Origin: Octopus bimaculoides
Lineage: Eukaryota
DNA: 64,000 nt
NCBI RefSeq assembly: GCF_001194135.2
Contig: NC_068996.1
Coordinates: forward strand, 44,674,604-44,738,603
Direction: 5' to 3'
Position 1 is the first letter of the stretch. Each line of letters begins with the position of its first letter. The notes beneath the pieces were generated by a model. That model had not been told where the DNA came from, did not search any database, and saw only the letters and a program-made list of their open reading frames with translations. Below, in pieces: positions 34,453-50,257 of the stretch. A program made the translations under genes and the position numbers.

Positions 34453-34518
34453 CTCACACACATATATACATACATAAGAATACATACACATATAGATAGA
34501 GAGGCAGACAGATGGATG

Positions 34519-34584
<66 letters not shown>

Positions 34585-34675
34585 AAGATGATAAAGATAT
34601 AGATAGATAGATAAATGGATGTACAGATAGATTGACAAACAAACAGACAGACAGACAGACAGACAGATAGAGAGA
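34390..34675. repeat. (CA)n/(GATA)n/(GACA)n microsatellites
   Basis: Seen directly. Confidence 0.97.
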
Positions 34676-35382
34676 TATAAAAAATCTGGCAAGCGTATAT
34701 GTGTGTCTATGTGAGTACGTATGCTATCTAATTTTCATGTATTTNNNNNNNNNNNNNNNNNNNNNNNNNNNNNNNNNNNNNNNNNNNNNNNNNNNNNNNN
34801 NNNNNNNNNNNNNNNNNNNNNNNNNNNNNNNNNNNNNNNNNNNNNNNNNNNNNNNNNNNNNNNNNNNNNNNNNNNNNNNNNNNNNNNNNNNNNNNNNNNN
34901 NNNNNNNNNNNNNNNNNNNNNNNNNNNNNNNNNNNNNNNNNNNNNNNNNNNNNATATATATATAAATAAGTAACAAGGATATCCAGAGGTAATGCAGTAC
35001 GATCGTTTCATGCAACACCATTTAATTGAACAATGCAATCATTACATCAATCTAAAATGCAGAGCAATCCTCAGCTGCACAAAAACATAGAATTTAATTA
35101 AATTCTATGTCTTTAAATAAACAACGATCCATACACAACACAACACCCATACACAACACCACTACGACACATACACATTTTACATACTTCACAAAGTACA
35201 CACAAATTAATGAAATCTGTCTAACTACCCAAATGTAGTAGGGAGATTTCAAAAAATTTTGTCAAAACAACTGTAAAAGAATCTCCTCACGGAAACTTCT
35301 GAGGAGAAGAATACCCCAGTTTCGAGCAGCAAGTAACTCTCTTTTCTCATTTTGTGAGTGAAAAACAACTTTCGTTAGGTCC

Positions 35383-38300
35383 ATGCTCAAACTAGGTTGT
35401 ATAAATGTGCGTAGCTTGGGGTCGCCTGTTGAGTGATATCAAGTCACTAAATATAGATATTATAGCCATCAAGGAAACCAGATTCTCCAACCTGCGGGCC
35501 CTCAAGCCCATGTTCGGCGACCAATTCGACATTTAGTTTTCTCCGAGTCTGCCGATGATGGACTGTGGTGATACCGCGGTGCTTTATCGAAAAGGTTTGG
35601 ATTTCAAAGTAAGGGTAGTATTCCTAGACCCAGAGGACAGGCTGGTCATCTTGCATGTCGATGGCAACAATGGGTGTGCTCTCCGACTGATAACAGTATA
35701 TGTATCGTCCTTAACAGGTCGGCCGGATTTCTTTCGACGTCTAGAGTTTTCGACCTTTACTTTTAGTAGGGGAATGGAAAGCTAACTTGGACACGCGTCT
35801 AAACTATGTAGGCAGAGTTAGGAAGAGAAAGGGATGCAAATGCCTCAAAGACCTGCTCAGATGTGTCCAACTGTCCGACAGGTACCGACTGGACTACTCG
35901 AACGTGTCAATGTGAACATGGACCAACCGCATTGGATCGTCCAAATCATATTTAGAAATAGTATTCTGTAAGACAGTAGATGGGGATTGTGTAAGTTGTC
36001 CACAATTTCACATAGTCAGCTACACAGACCACAAATTCGCGACCTGTACGCTTGACCTAGACAAGAATCAGAGGCAGGGTCCAGGATACTGGAAGCTGAA
36101 CTCGTCGCTCCCGGTGTGACAAGCTTACAGAGCCCAGATTAGCACAATTGTTAAGAGCGTGTTGACAGGAGCCATTGTCAACAACAAATGGTGGTTTGCC
36201 CTAAAGAGGGCAATTAAAACTGTATCGTTTAAGTATAGCAAGGCTTTGGCGATAGATCGAAATAGAATAGAGGGATCCCTAGTTAAGAAATTAGAAGAAG
36301 CACGTAGAACTGGCATCGTGACCAATGTGCTAGCGGAGAGCTTGGCCCTTGACCACACTTCAACGCCAAACACGAAGGATGTGTTGTCAGAGCTACGATG
36401 CGTGCCCTAAGAAACGAAGGAATTGGAGCCGCCCAAGAAGCCTGGATGGCGGAGGCGCAACGTAGCAACAAAGCCACTATTCGTTCATTGATGGATCAAC
36501 AGGAACGCGAGTTACTCGAGGCCGAAAGGATGTCTGGTCCCTTTCAGCAGCACTTTGCCCAACTGTTCGGGACAACTGGTGGATCGGAACGCAGGATAGA
36601 CTTTAGTGCCTACCTGCATGGTCTGCGACGACTCTTGGCAAGAGAGGTGGAGTAATGTGAAATCCCATTACAGTCGCTGATGTCCGGAATGCGATGGCAG
36701 GTTGTCCGAGAGACAAGTCGCCGGGCTTGGATGGTCTGTTCTGTGAGCTTTATTGTCATATGCCAGATTTGTTTGGAGATGTCTTGGCAACAGTCTACTG
36801 GAACTGGCAGTAAAACGGGAGTATTCCCAGATTTGTGAGTTGATGAGCGGTGGCTCTGCTAAAGAAAGACCCGAACAAGGAGTACGTTATAGATAATTTC
36901 CGGCCCATCACTCTGCTCAACGCAGATTTTAAAATTTTGGCCGAGGTGCTAGCCGTGAAGTTGGCGTTTGTCATCGAGAAACTGGTCAATAAAATGCAAA
37001 CATGCACTGTGATGGGCAGGAGTATCCATGACAACATCCATCTGAAGCGCTACATCATAGACAGGGTAGTTAACAAACCTGACATGGGTAGAGCGCTGAT
37101 CAATTTCGATGAGTCAAAAGCTTTCGATAGGGTCGACCATCGATACTTGGAGGCAGTCCTTAGGGTGGCTGGTTTTGGTCCAGTCTTCTGCAGTTGAATC
37201 GTTGCTTTATACAGTGGCACCCGCTCGGTAGTTCGCGTAAATAGTGATTTGTCCAGACCATTTAACATCACGCGTTCGGTCCGTCAAGTATGCCCCCTCT
37301 CCTCGCTTGTGTACATATTTATTCTAGAGCCACTACTGCAGAAGTTGGCAACGCTGAGGGATATCCCGCGAGAACTGGGATGCGGAAGAAGCGTGACTGC
37401 ATACACGGACGATGTCACCGTCATAGTTTCAAGCCACACGCATATTGACCTGGTTGGTGAGACACTAAAAGAATACGAATCGGTAACGGGAGCAAAAATT
37501 AACCCAGAAAAGTCAGTGGGCTTGTGGCTTGGCACCTGAAGAAGCAAGGCCATTCCGTCCAACAGCGTTTCCATTGTAGGACACTGGACCGACGGACCGG
37601 TTAAATTGCTCGGAGTCTGGTTCGATCCAGACCTCCAAATGGAGAAGAACTGGGATGAGATAACGAGCAGGATGGTCACTCTCACCTAGCTATGGGCCGA
37701 GAGGAACCTATCTCTTAAAGGTCGGGCTGAGATGGCGAATGTGCACATCGCATCCGTCATCTACTACGTCTGACCGTCGTGCTTTGTCCCGATCCTACCA
37801 TCGTGAAACACGAATGCAGTCTTCCGATTTTTGTGGAGGGGAAGCGTTCCGAAGGTTAGGCGATCCATTTACTGTGAACATCCGCTAAATGGATGGATGG
37901 ATATGCTGTGGTTGATGATGCGCAGAGATGCGCTGAGTCTGCGACATCTCTAGCGTTTCATAGACGACGGTGAACAGGTGTAGTTGCCGTTTGTGAGACG
38001 CGCTTTCCGCAGCTCGTTTCATTGACCGAAATGCAATCATGGATCAAGCAGAGACCGAGGCTGGGCAAATGTCGCCATGTTCGCGAGCAGCCCTGCCACC
38101 CGGGCTCAAACTTATATGATTTCAGTTCCACCTAGGCGTTCTGTAGAGGATTAGTGGAGGAGAGGTGCGACGACGTTCTTGGGGTGACTCTGGGCGTTGA
38201 CAGGGAATACCTGACTCGCCTCTTCAAGACCATTTTCGGGCCAGGACCTATGGACAATTTGCAGAGATCCCTGACCTGGCAGTGCTATAGGGGATCATGG

Positions 38301-39010
38301 CCCATTCGAGATAATGTGTAGAGATACTGTTCAAGAAATACCGAGGCGACTTGCCCCATATGCGGCCAGAACAATGAAACCGTTCTGCACGCACTCGTGC
38401 AGTGTCAAAATGTTTCAGACCTGTGAGCCTATGTCGAACGGCTGCTGTCACTGTGAGACGAATCCGTTTGTCAGCAGAATCTATCGTAAATAATACTCCG
38501 CCACCTTCCTTTAACCGGAAAGGCAAATCAGTTTTCATCGTACTGGTGGCTTTCATCGGACTGGTTTGAAAGGTGTAGGGAAAAATACTTTCCTCTCTGG
38601 CCAACCTCAACTTTTTCAAATATTACTTGAAAAAGAAGGTAAGAGTAGAGAGGAAAGTTTTGTCTAAAGGAAGATTTAATAAAAGATGGGTGAATGTAGC
38701 AAAGATGGTACGCATGAATGAAGAAACCACTTTGAGCATGAACAAAAAGAGAAAGGTCGCTATGCTCTAATGGTTTTTTTCCGAGGTTACCGTGCTTTTG
38801 TTTTTATAGGTTTTTCTTTCCACAGATAACCCTAGTCAGTGTTATATTTTCTCCCTCTTTTGGGAATTTCTGTTGTTAAAACGTTACCTTGTTATCTCTT
38901 TGTGTACCCGTCCCAAAACCTTTTTGATCCCTATTGATCAGTTTTGAAAAGAAAAATTCTACATTGCATTGTCCGCTCTGTGTTCGGCCCTGTGTGGCTT
39001 AATAAAGAAA
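35383..39010 (+). mobile_element. Tx1/L1-clade LINE, ORF2 (APE-RT-CCHC) pseudogenised, plus 3' UTR
   Basis: INVRSL, IIAIKETRF, TDHK, GPGYWKLNSSL (APE); KSPGLDG, FRPITLLNADFKIL, SKAFDRVDH, VRQVCPLS, YTDD (RT); CPICGQNNETVLHALVQC. Many stops and frameshifts. Ends aataaagaaa at a (TCTA)n tract. Confidence 0.93.
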
Positions 39011-39056
39011 TCTATCTATCTATCTATCTACCTATGTATGTATGTATGTATGTATG

Positions 39057-39107
<51 letters not shown>

Positions 39108-40964
39108 GAGTATTAATATCCTTATTTATTCATACTTGTTCCCTCTGTCCTTCCAATTCCTTTCTCTCTTCGTCCCTCTATCTCTCACTCTGCCCTCCAT
39201 TTCTCTCACTACTACTATTTCTTTCTCTCTCCCCCTTCTCTCCTGTCTCTCACTCTCTCACTCTCCTCTTTCTCTTATTCTTTCTTCTTTTCTACTCTTC
39301 TGTATTTGTCTTTCAGTCGATTTTCTCCTATATAAAGTTTCTCCACTTTGCTTATACAAGTTTTATTTCTTTTATTCAATCTGTTCTCAGCTGCCGTCTG
39401 ACATTAAACCTTTCTATCTTTCTCTTTCTCATTCTTTCTGTCTTTATTTTCTTATTAGCTGTTTTTCCATTTCTTTTCTCTCATGGCACCCTCTATCGCT
39501 TCAATATATCTTTTACTTCTTATCTTTATGTACACTTTCTCCCTCTTCTTTTCGGTCTTTCATTCGCCAAAAAATAATCACTTTGCGAATGCAAAATTAG
39601 TTTTGAAAATAGGCAAACAAANNNNNNNNNNNNNNNNNNNNNNNNNNNNNNNNNNNNNNNNNNNNNNNNNNNNNNNNNNNNNNNNNNNNNNNNNNNNNNN
39701 NNNNNNNNNNNNNNNNNNNNNNNNNNNNNNNNNNNNNNNNNNNNNNNNNNNNNNNNNNNNNNNNNNNNNNNNNNNNNNNNNNNNNNNNNNNNNNNNNNNN
39801 NNNNNNNNNNNNNNNNNNNNNNNNNNNNNNNNNNNNNNNNNNNNNNNNNNNNNNNNNNNNNNNNNNNNNNNNNNNNNNNNNNNNNNNNNNNNNNNNNNNN
39901 NNNNNNNNNNNNNNNNNNNNNNNNNNNNNNNNNNNNNNNNNNNNNNNNNNNNNATATACAGACATACATATATATGTGTATGTATGTATATTGCTGTATC
40001 TAAGCCGGGAGATAAGATTTTTCCTCTTTGTAATTTTGAGAGAACTCCAATAAGTTAAACCTAAAATGGCGTAAACTTATTGTTTTCTTTCATCTTTATT
40101 CCTTTTTATTTTGCTAGATAAATGAACTGCTCTGTTTTCTCCTTACTGAACAGAGATCTATGTTAAGAAAACATGGTAACAACACGTGAAGCAGTGAATT
40201 TTTTACTTCTTTCATAGCACTGTTCAAAAGATGTGAAGAAAGTAAAAATTGAAAAAAAAAATATTATAGATTAAACATGAATGGAAATTATGAGTATAGA
40301 AGAAGCAAATGAAAAGATACCTCTGTTCTTATTGTTAGAAGAAGGCTCTGTGATATGAAACATTTTAAAGCTTTCATAGGCAACATTCATAGATATTAAT
40401 ATAATATCAGTGTTCTGTATTTGAAAAATTACCGGAAGATTTTTGTCTCAGCACTGTAAATCACTAAATTACTGAATGAACCTCTACGGAAATCTCTACG
40501 CACGTAGCTTGACCTGACACAAATAAACATACAGATGCCTTTCAAATCAAACCCTAGCATCATATAAACGGAAGATATATTTGATTATGTAATTTTAGGT
40601 ACAAAAAAAAAAGCCCAGTAACCGTTGATAACATATCTGCTAAGTCAGGAGAGATTTGAGTTTAGGTCTCAACAATTACGCAATTACTGTATGATTATTT
40701 CTAGTTTGTTCAGCTCTAAACAGATCATGTAAATTTGCCTGAAATGTAATCTTCTCGGCGTCTGCCTGCCTAAATTGTATGGCAGACCTAATGATTCTTC
40801 TATAGAAGAGCACAGCAATGGACTCTTTTAACAATGGCGGTATCTCTATTATTATGAAACCCAAGTTAGTGTTGAGAAACACTACATAAGATTTCTTAGA
40901 GGGAGTCTAGAGGAACGTCTTTCTGTCAGAAGACAAGAAGCTGACAGAACACTTGCTAATATTT

Positions 40965-41141
40965 AGCATTCCACCAAAATGCTTAGTGGCACTTTGTCCA
41001 CCTTTACGTTCTGAGTTCAAATGTCGCCGGTGTTGACTTTGCCTGTCAGAGTTTATAAAATCAGTGCTTGTTGAGCCCTGGGGTCGATAAAATTGACTTA
41101 CCCCTCCCCCGAAATTGCCCACCTTGTGCCACAATTTAAAA

Positions 41142-41145
<4 letters not shown>
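40965..41145 (+). mobile_element. SINE family B
   Basis: ctttacgttctgagttcaaatgtcgcc...ggggtcgataaaattgact. Confidence 0.78.
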
Positions 41146-41191
<46 letters not shown>

Positions 41192-41999
41192 ACTCACGCT
41201 GCTTATAGAAGTGAAATTTACCTTGCAAAGAGTTATCAAAGAGATATCGAGGAACTGGCACTTCTCAAGACTATCCGCCACAAACACTATATTCCATCTG
41301 GTCACTTACAACATTGTGCTGTGGATACACACTCCTTGCAAGCACTAGCATCTATTAAACTACTTATTGTCTGAACTCTGGATTGATGGAATTTGTTGGT
41401 AAAGTGAGCGACTTATGCCACTAACTACGAGAAAAAACATTCACGTAATTATGTCAGAAATGAAGCTGCACAGCCATTAGATATTAGATATTAGTGTAGA
41501 ACAGTACTTTTTGTGATAGCGATCTGTCGAGGAATTTTCAAGAAAACGTGCTCTCCACTGAATCCCACCTGATACACAATTCACAACTGCGATTCTACGA
41601 CCCGCAACATCAACATTGCTAGATCTACTGAACGAGACTGAGTATAGCTAAGTCTTAAACTTACGGCAAAATTCTTGAAGTGTTTTCGTACCTACACTTT
41701 TCTAGACTGGATTTTCGGTGGAATGTGTGAAGAAAAATTCCAGCTATCAATGACTGAGTTTAAAACTACGCAATTCTCAAAAAGAATACTGCAGCTTCTG
41801 TGTTGGAATCTTTATGATACATTTACCAGAAAATAGACCAATAGTAATTCATCAAGTCATTGTAGCTTCGATTCCACCGGAAGTCTTGAAATTGGTAAAA
41901 AATGATAATAGATAATAGAAGTTTGCAAAGAGGATCTTCTTCCTCTCAGAGGAATAGAGAAAACATGATGTACTGATATTACAAAGAAACAGAAGTAGA

Positions 42000-42360
42000 G
42001 GCAAAGACGATGACAATGATGATTACAATGGTGATGATAGGAACGATGAAGACTATGAAGACTCCATCGATGACGATATCACCGACAACGACGATAACGA
42101 TGATGATGGTGACGACGACGACGATAACGATGATGATGGTGATGACGACGACGATTATGATGATGATGGTGATGACGACGACGACGACCACGATGATAAC
42201 GATGATGATGATGATGATGACGATGACGACGACGATGACGACGACGATGATGATGATGATGATGATGACGATGATGATGATGACGATGATGATGATGATG
42301 GTTGACGACGACGACGACGAGGATGATGATAGTAACGACGACGACGACGACGACGACGAC

Positions 42361-42407
<47 letters not shown>

Positions 42408-43650
42408 CGATGATGATGATGACGATGATGATGGTTCAGGACGATGATGACGACGACAATGATGGTGACGACGATGATGGTGACGACAACCATTCTGGTA
42501 ATGACGGCGATGACGACGACGATGCTNNNNNNNNNNNNNNNNNNNNNNNNNNNNNNNNNNNNNNNNNNNNNNNNNNNNNNNNNNNNNNNNNNNNNNNNNN
42601 NNNNNNNNNNNNNNNNNNNNNNNNNNNNNNNNNNNNNNNNNNNNNNNNNNNNNNNNNNNNNNNNNNNNNNNNNNNNNNNNNNNNNNNNNNNNNNNNNNNN
42701 NNNNNNNNNNNNNNNNNNNNNNNNNNNNNNNNNNNNNNNNNNNNNNNNNNNNNNNNNNNNNNNNNNNNNNNNNNNNNNNNNNNNNNNNNNNNNNNNNNNN
42801 NNNNNNNNNNNNNNNNNNNNNNNNNNNNNNNNNNNNNNNNNNNNNNNNNNNNNNNNNNNNNNNNNNNNNNNNNNNNNNNNNNNNNNNNNNNNNNNNNNNN
42901 NNNNNNNNNNNNNNNNNNNNNNNNNNNNNNNNNNNNNNNNNNNNNNNNNNNNNNNNNNNNNNNNNNNNNNNAAATTTAACTGCGAGGAAGAGCCGACTAA
43001 GTTTCTTTGGAAAATTTGCGAAGAAAATAATCATTGTGGATTCTAATAATCATTTATTTAGTTAGTTATTTTTATATTTGTAGGTGTATTTTTTAAAAAA
43101 TTTATTTATTGAATTAGTTTTCAATTTTTATTTATTTATTTTGGAATAGAAAGTAAACTGCTTTTCAAGATTGATATAATAGGAAGTCTAACAAACAAAT
43201 AAAAAAAGGTGGGGGGAGAATTTCTTTGTTTTTGTTTTTTGGCTTTTTTTATATTTATATTTTCTGTATATTTTTCCCTTGTCAATCTCTGTTTCTTGGA
43301 GTAAATTAACAGTTTTAGGAAGCATCTCGACTTAAAACACACTACCAAAATTGATCTGAGAGAATTTAAAACTAATTAAGCAGATTATTAGGGATATAAG
43401 GAATCATACGCATCATTGCGTTTTGTTAGGAAAGAAAGGGAGAAGAGAAAGGGGGACAAGAGAAAGAAAAAGAAGGACTGGAAGTAGAGAGAGAAAGAGA
43501 AAGACAGAAAAGGAGAAAAAAAGAAAGAGCGAAAGAAGGAGAATATACAGATAATTTATGTTTGGTTTGTGTGGAAATGTCAGGCTGAGTGTGTCAATAT
43601 TACATAAAGTTACCTATACCCGGATTCACTTACTCATACACTCACTACAG

Positions 43651-43695
<45 letters not shown>

Positions 43696-44050
43696 NNNNN
43701 NNNNNNNNNNNNNNNNNNNNNNNNNNNNNNNNNNNNNNNNNNNNNNNNNNNNNNNNNNNNNNNNNNNNNNNNNNNNNNNNNNNNNNNNNNNNNNNATGAT
43801 GATGATGATGATGATGACGATGATGATGATGACGATGATGATGGTTCAGGACGATGATGACGACGACAATGATGGTGACGACGATGATGGTGACGACAAC
43901 CATTCTGGTAATGACGGCGATGACGACGACGATGCTGTCAGCAACAACGATCATTGTGGTGATAACGACAACGACGACGTCGACAACGTTGTCGAAGACG
44001 ACGAAGACAAAACAATGTCGATGTCGGAGGTCGTGGTGATGACGCAGAGA
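42000..44050. repeat. (GAT/GAC)n low-complexity blocks at 42000-42526 and 43796-44050, partly identical across gaps
   Basis: About 130 bp (gatggttcaggacgatgatgacgacgacaat...gacgatgct) is identical in both blocks. Confidence 0.92.
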
Positions 44051-45082
44051 AAGGCAAACAGACGAGTTTCTTGCGGCAATGTGGGATGGGTTAGCGGTAA
44101 TTTTGAAATTGAAGTGAAATAGAAAGAAGCAAAAAAAAAAAAAAAAAAAANNNNNNNNNNNNNNNNNNNNNNNNNNNNNNNNNNNNNNNNNNNNNNNNNN
44201 NNNNNNNNNNNNNNNNNNNNNNNNNNNNNNNNNNNNNNNNNNNNNNNNNNNNNNNNNNNNNNNNNNNNNNNNNNNNNNNNNNNNNNNNNNNNNNNNNNNN
44301 NNNNNNNNNNNNNNNNNNNNNNNNNNNNNNNNNNNNNNNNNNNNNNNNNNNNNNNNNNNNNNNNNNNNNNNNNNNNNNNNNNNNNNNNNNNNNNNNNNNN
44401 NNNNNNNNNNNNNNNNNNNNNNNNNNNNNNNNNNNNNNNNNNNNNNNNNNNNNNNNNNNNNNNNNNNNNNNNNNNNNNNNNNNNNNNNNNNNNNNNNNNN
44501 NNNNNNNNNNNNNNNNNNNNNNNNNNNNNNNNNNNNNNNNNNNNNNNNNNNNNNNNNNNNNNNNNNNNNNNNNNNNNNNNNNNNNNNNNNNNNNNNNNNN
44601 NNNNNNNNNNNNNNNNNNNNNNNNNNNNNNNNNNNNNNNNNNNNNNNNNNNNNNNNNNNNNNNNNNNNNNNNNNNNNNNNNNNNNNNNNNNNNNNNNNNN
44701 NNNNNNNNNNNNNNNNNNNNNNNNNNNNNNNNNNNNNNNNNNNNNNNNNNNNNNNNNNNNNNNNNNNNNNNNNNNNNNNNNNNNNNNNNNNNNNNNNNNN
44801 NNNNNNNNNNNNNNNNNNNNNNNNNNNNNNNNNNNNNNNNNNNNNNNNNNNNNNNNNNNNNNNNNNNNNNNNNNNNNNNNNNNNNNNNNNNNNNNNNNNN
44901 NNNNNNNNNNNNNNNNNNNNNNNNNNNNNNNNNNNNNNNNNNNNNNNNNNNNNNNNNNNNNNNNNNNNNNNNNNNNNNNNNNNNNNNNNNNNNNNNNNNN
45001 NNNNNNNNNNNNNNNNNNNNNNNNNNNNNNNNNNNNNNNNNNNNNNNNNNNNNNNNNNNNNNNNNNNNNNNNNNNNNNNNNN

Positions 45083-46224
<1,142 letters not shown>

Positions 46225-46230
<6 letters not shown>

Positions 46231-46437
46231 TCTTTGTGTCTGTGTTTGGCCCTCACCACCGCTTCACAACCGGTGTTGGTGTGTTTACGTTCTCGTAAAT
46301 TAGCCGTTCGGCAAAAGAGTGCCAATGGGATAAGTACTAGGCTTACAAGGAATAAGTCTCCCGGAGTCGATTTGGTCGACTAAAGGCGGAGCTCCAGCAT
46401 GGTTGCAGTAAACTGACTGAAACAAATAAAAGAATAT
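46225..46437 (+). mobile_element. SINE family A, 3' half
   Basis: gccgttcggcaaaagag...gctccagcatggttgcagtaaactgactgaaac. Confidence 0.85.
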
Positions 46438-46737
46438 ACTCATTCACAGTTCTATTTTGCTCGTTTGCATCAACATAACTTCATACAATATATATATATA
46501 TATATATATATAGGTTATGAGCGATAGTGGTGTCAATTAGACCCAGAGGTCTCAGGTAATGCTGAGTAAATTCTATGGATTGACCACAGTTAAGCTCCAG
46601 GTTCGGTGATTATGCGAATAAGAATTCCAACGTAGGTCATTTATCAGCGTGTGAATAAGTGGATTTACTTTTCGTAATGAGATAAAAGACCAAGGCTTTG
46701 TATAATATAAAACATTTATAACATTTATAAATAGAAT

Positions 46738-46785
46738 GTCTTACAGCTGTTTCCAGGATATTTATTATATCCCTTCATCGGAGAC
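46738..46785 (-). ncRNA. Type I hammerhead ribozyme motif, U4C core variant
   Basis: GUCU-CCGAUGA-A-GGGAUA(uaauaaa)UAUCCU-G-GAAAC-AGCU-GUA^-AGAC. Palindromic ACAGCUGU stem III. Confidence 0.72.
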
Positions 46786-47340
46786 GGTGTGAGAGGGTGA
46801 TTAAGCAATAGTTAGTTTAGTTAAGATAGGAAATAGAGAGTGAATGTAGAGATATTGTATTTGTAAATCCAATGTTTAGGGAGAATGGTATACATATTAG
46901 ATTCCAATACTTTGTGAGTAAAATCCAATTGATTTTAAGATTGGTCGTTGTCTTTGTAAATCCATTATTAAGATTCCAATACCCTATGAGCAAAGTCCAA
47001 CTGTCCTTGAAATTGCTCATTCCAAATACAGAGTTTATATACAATGTTATTGAATCAAGGGTTCTGTTTAAGGTGACCTAAAGGCAGGGATTGTATTAAT
47101 AGGGTCAAGTCGAAAACAGGAAGTTAGGAATAAAGAAGAGGAAAGAAAAAAAGAAAGTGGGGAGAAATAGAAGAAAATGAAAGAAGAAAATAAGAAAAGG
47201 AATACAAAAATAGAGATAATGGAAAGCGTACCAGAATGGTCAGTGAATAAGGGTAAAGAAGTGAGAAAGAGATTAGAGTGTAGAAAGATAGAAGAAATGG
47301 GGGAAAAGATAGAAGGAAGGTATGTGTATATATTTACGTG

Positions 47341-47373
<33 letters not shown>

Positions 47374-48614
47374 NNNNNNNNNNNNNNNNNNNNNNNNNNN
47401 NNNNNNNNNNNNNNNNNNNNNNNNNNNNNNNNNNNNNNNNNNNNNNNNNNNNNNNNNNNNNNNNNNNNNNNNNNNNNNNNNNNNATATGTACAGGCATAC
47501 ACACATTCATATCTACGTACATACACACTATTAAAATATAGATATGCAGGGCAGGGAATCGTCAATTAATATACACACACATACACATATACATTCGTAC
47601 ATACATGCGTACACACATATGTACAGGCATACACACATTCATATCTACGTACATACACACTATTAAAATATAGATATGCAGGGCAGGGAATCGTCAATTA
47701 GTAATAAAATTAATAATTAACAATTTTGCCGGGTAGCTCAGTATGAAAAAACCTTTTCGGTAAAAATCATTTATGATCATAAATATATAGGGATTGACAG
47801 TAACCTGCTTCTCCAACATACTGAGAATTCAGAAATAGCAGTCAAAGAGCTACTGATTTCAAAACTACAAATTAATATACACACTACTTGGTAATTCACA
47901 AGGTAAATGAAGCATTGATTAGCTTATAGAAATTCTTTAACCCAGTGACACTACGGTTTACAAGAAGTAATGCAAATATATATATATATATATTATTTAC
48001 ACCAAATATATAAGATATATTAGGTACATTAAATACAAACTGTATATATATATGTATACATGCAAAACGAGCGAAGGCAAATACTAATAGGTCCAACTTT
48101 CACAGAGCACAAACGACCGAGAGAATGCCCGTTTGTACTCTGTTTAAGCTGAACCCATTAACATAAATATATATATATGTTTATACTTAATAATTCATCA
48201 TCTGACAGGCTCCACCTTTTGCTTTCCTTTGTTTTACATGTATACATATATACACAGTGTGTATTTAATATATTTGATGTATCTAATTTGTTTATCCGCA
48301 TAATTGCTTCTATACCCGCTCAATTTGATCCCTCTCACAACCTTTCTTTAAGTTGTGGAATAGAACCCCTCTAAAGACATCGGTATCTAAAACTGAATCT
48401 TTTGAGCACTACTGTCTTCTATACGGAGAATATCTGGAGCTCTTCTGTGAACTATATATTTTTCTTCCTTGCCTGCCTTATAAATTCTGGATAAACTCTT
48501 GTTTACCTCCACTTATATCTATTATTCAATCGTACTGTCGCATTGCAGTAGCAAGCATTTGGATATAAATGCTTATAAATAGGGATCCTTCCAGTAGTAT
48601 ATTGGATATACTGG

Positions 48615-49740
48615 GATTCACTTGTTCAACTAAAATCCTTCAATGTGCTACCCCAGCATGGCCACAGTAAAATGACTGAAACGAGTGAAAGATAAAATGA
48701 AATGATATGTAAATAAATAGGCGTGATGGTGTGGTATATGGTTCCGGGTTCACTCCAACTGCGTGGCACCTTCGCCAAGTGTCTTCTATCATAGCCTCCG
48801 GTCGTCCAAAGCCTTGTGAGTGGATTTGGTGGACGGAAGTTGAAAGAAGCCCATTGTATTCCTATATATATATATATATATATATNNNNNNNNNNNNNNN
48901 NNNNNNNNNNNNNNNNNNNNNNNNNNNNNNNNNNNNNNNNNNNNNNNNNNNNNNNNNNNNNNNNNNNNNNNNNNNNNNNNNNNNNNNNNNNNNNNNNNNN
49001 NNNNNNNNNNNNNNNNNNNNNNNNNNNNNNNNNNNNNNNNNNNNNNNNNNNNNNNNNNNNNNNNNNNNNNNNNNNNNNNNNNNNNNNNNNNNNNNNNNNN
49101 NNNNNNNNNNNNNNNNNNNNNNNNNNNNNNNNNNNNNNNNNNNNNNNNNNNNNNNNNNNNNNNNNNNNNNNNNNNNNNNNNNNNNNNNNNNNNNNNNNNN
49201 NNNNNNNNNNNNNNNNNNNNNNNNNNNNNNNNNNNNNNNNNNNNNNNNNNNNNNNNNNNNNNNNNNNNNNNNNNNNNNNNNNNNNNNNNNNNNNNNNNNN
49301 NNNNNNNNNNNNNNNNNNNNNNNNNNNNNNNNNNNNNNNNNNNNNNNNNNNNNNNNNNNNNNNNNNNNNNNNNNNNNNNNNNNNNNNNNNNNNNNNNNNN
49401 NNNNNNNNNNNNNNNNNNNNNNNNNNNNNNNNNNNNNNNNNNNNNNNNNNNNNNNNNNNNNNNNNNNNNNNNNNNNNNNNNNNNNNNNNNNNNNNNNNNN
49501 NNNNNNNATATATATATATATATATATATATATACGACAAGCTTCTTTCAGTCTCCGTGTACCAAATCTACTCACAAGGCTTTTTCTGCTCGAGGCTATA
49601 TTAGCATACACTTGCCCAAGGTGCCACGCAGTGGAACTGAACTTCGATGGGCTTCTTTCAGTTTCTGTCTACCAAATCCACTCACAAGGCTTTGGTCGTC
49701 CCGAGGCTATAGTAGAAGGTGTCACACAGCTACTCCTGCA
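48615..49740. mobile_element. Cluster of SINE family A fragments around a gap
   Basis: Tail at 48615-48705 (+), head at 48718-48860 (+), and duplicated internal pieces at 49535-49740 (-). Confidence 0.8.
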
Positions 49741-50257
49741 CTTACAATCTAGGATGGTTTATTTATGGCGTTATAGTGTGATTTTGATGGAGACAGGACG
49801 CGTTTTTTTCTTTTTTCTAAGGTAGAGAACTAATGTAGAACTTGGCTCGTTTTTGCAGTCTTTATGATGAAAGAACACATAATTAACAACACGGTAAAGT
49901 TCTTTAGTCTGGATAAGTTTGAATACTGCCGTGTCAAAGAGATTACTGATTCTTTGGAACTGTTGCTTTTTTTATTCTTTTAGGATCTAAATGCTGGACT
50001 GATATCAAAAGAACAATTTATTACGAATCATAGCGAAAGTAAATTCTAGACAATAGAGTGGAATTAAGTGGCGTTATCCGTTATTGCGACAAAATGTAGC
50101 TCTTTAGAATACGTGCCATATAGAAACATTACTAAGAATCAATCAATAATGTTTTCGTCTAGCAAGAGCAACATTATCGCAAATTTATGCAATACGAAGG
50201 CTTCCTGAGAATATCAAAGATCAGAACCTATAAATATTTTAAAACTTTGTCAGATTC

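Noticed and set aside
35085-35110. Perfect 26-bp AT-rich palindrome acatagaatttaattaaattctatgt
   Set aside because: Short and isolated in AT-rich, inverted-repeat-rich DNA, with nothing supporting a function.
42010-42447. Poly-Asp/Met/Thr ORF resembling an acidic biomineralisation protein
   Set aside because: GAT/GAC low complexity keeps all frames open. There is no splice or signal-peptide context. It is not fully excluded without RNA data.
42400-43935. Exact duplication of about 130 bp across gaps (similar case at 47485-47570 / 47625-47700)
   Set aside because: Identical sequence next to N runs is most simply a scaffolding overlap artefact.
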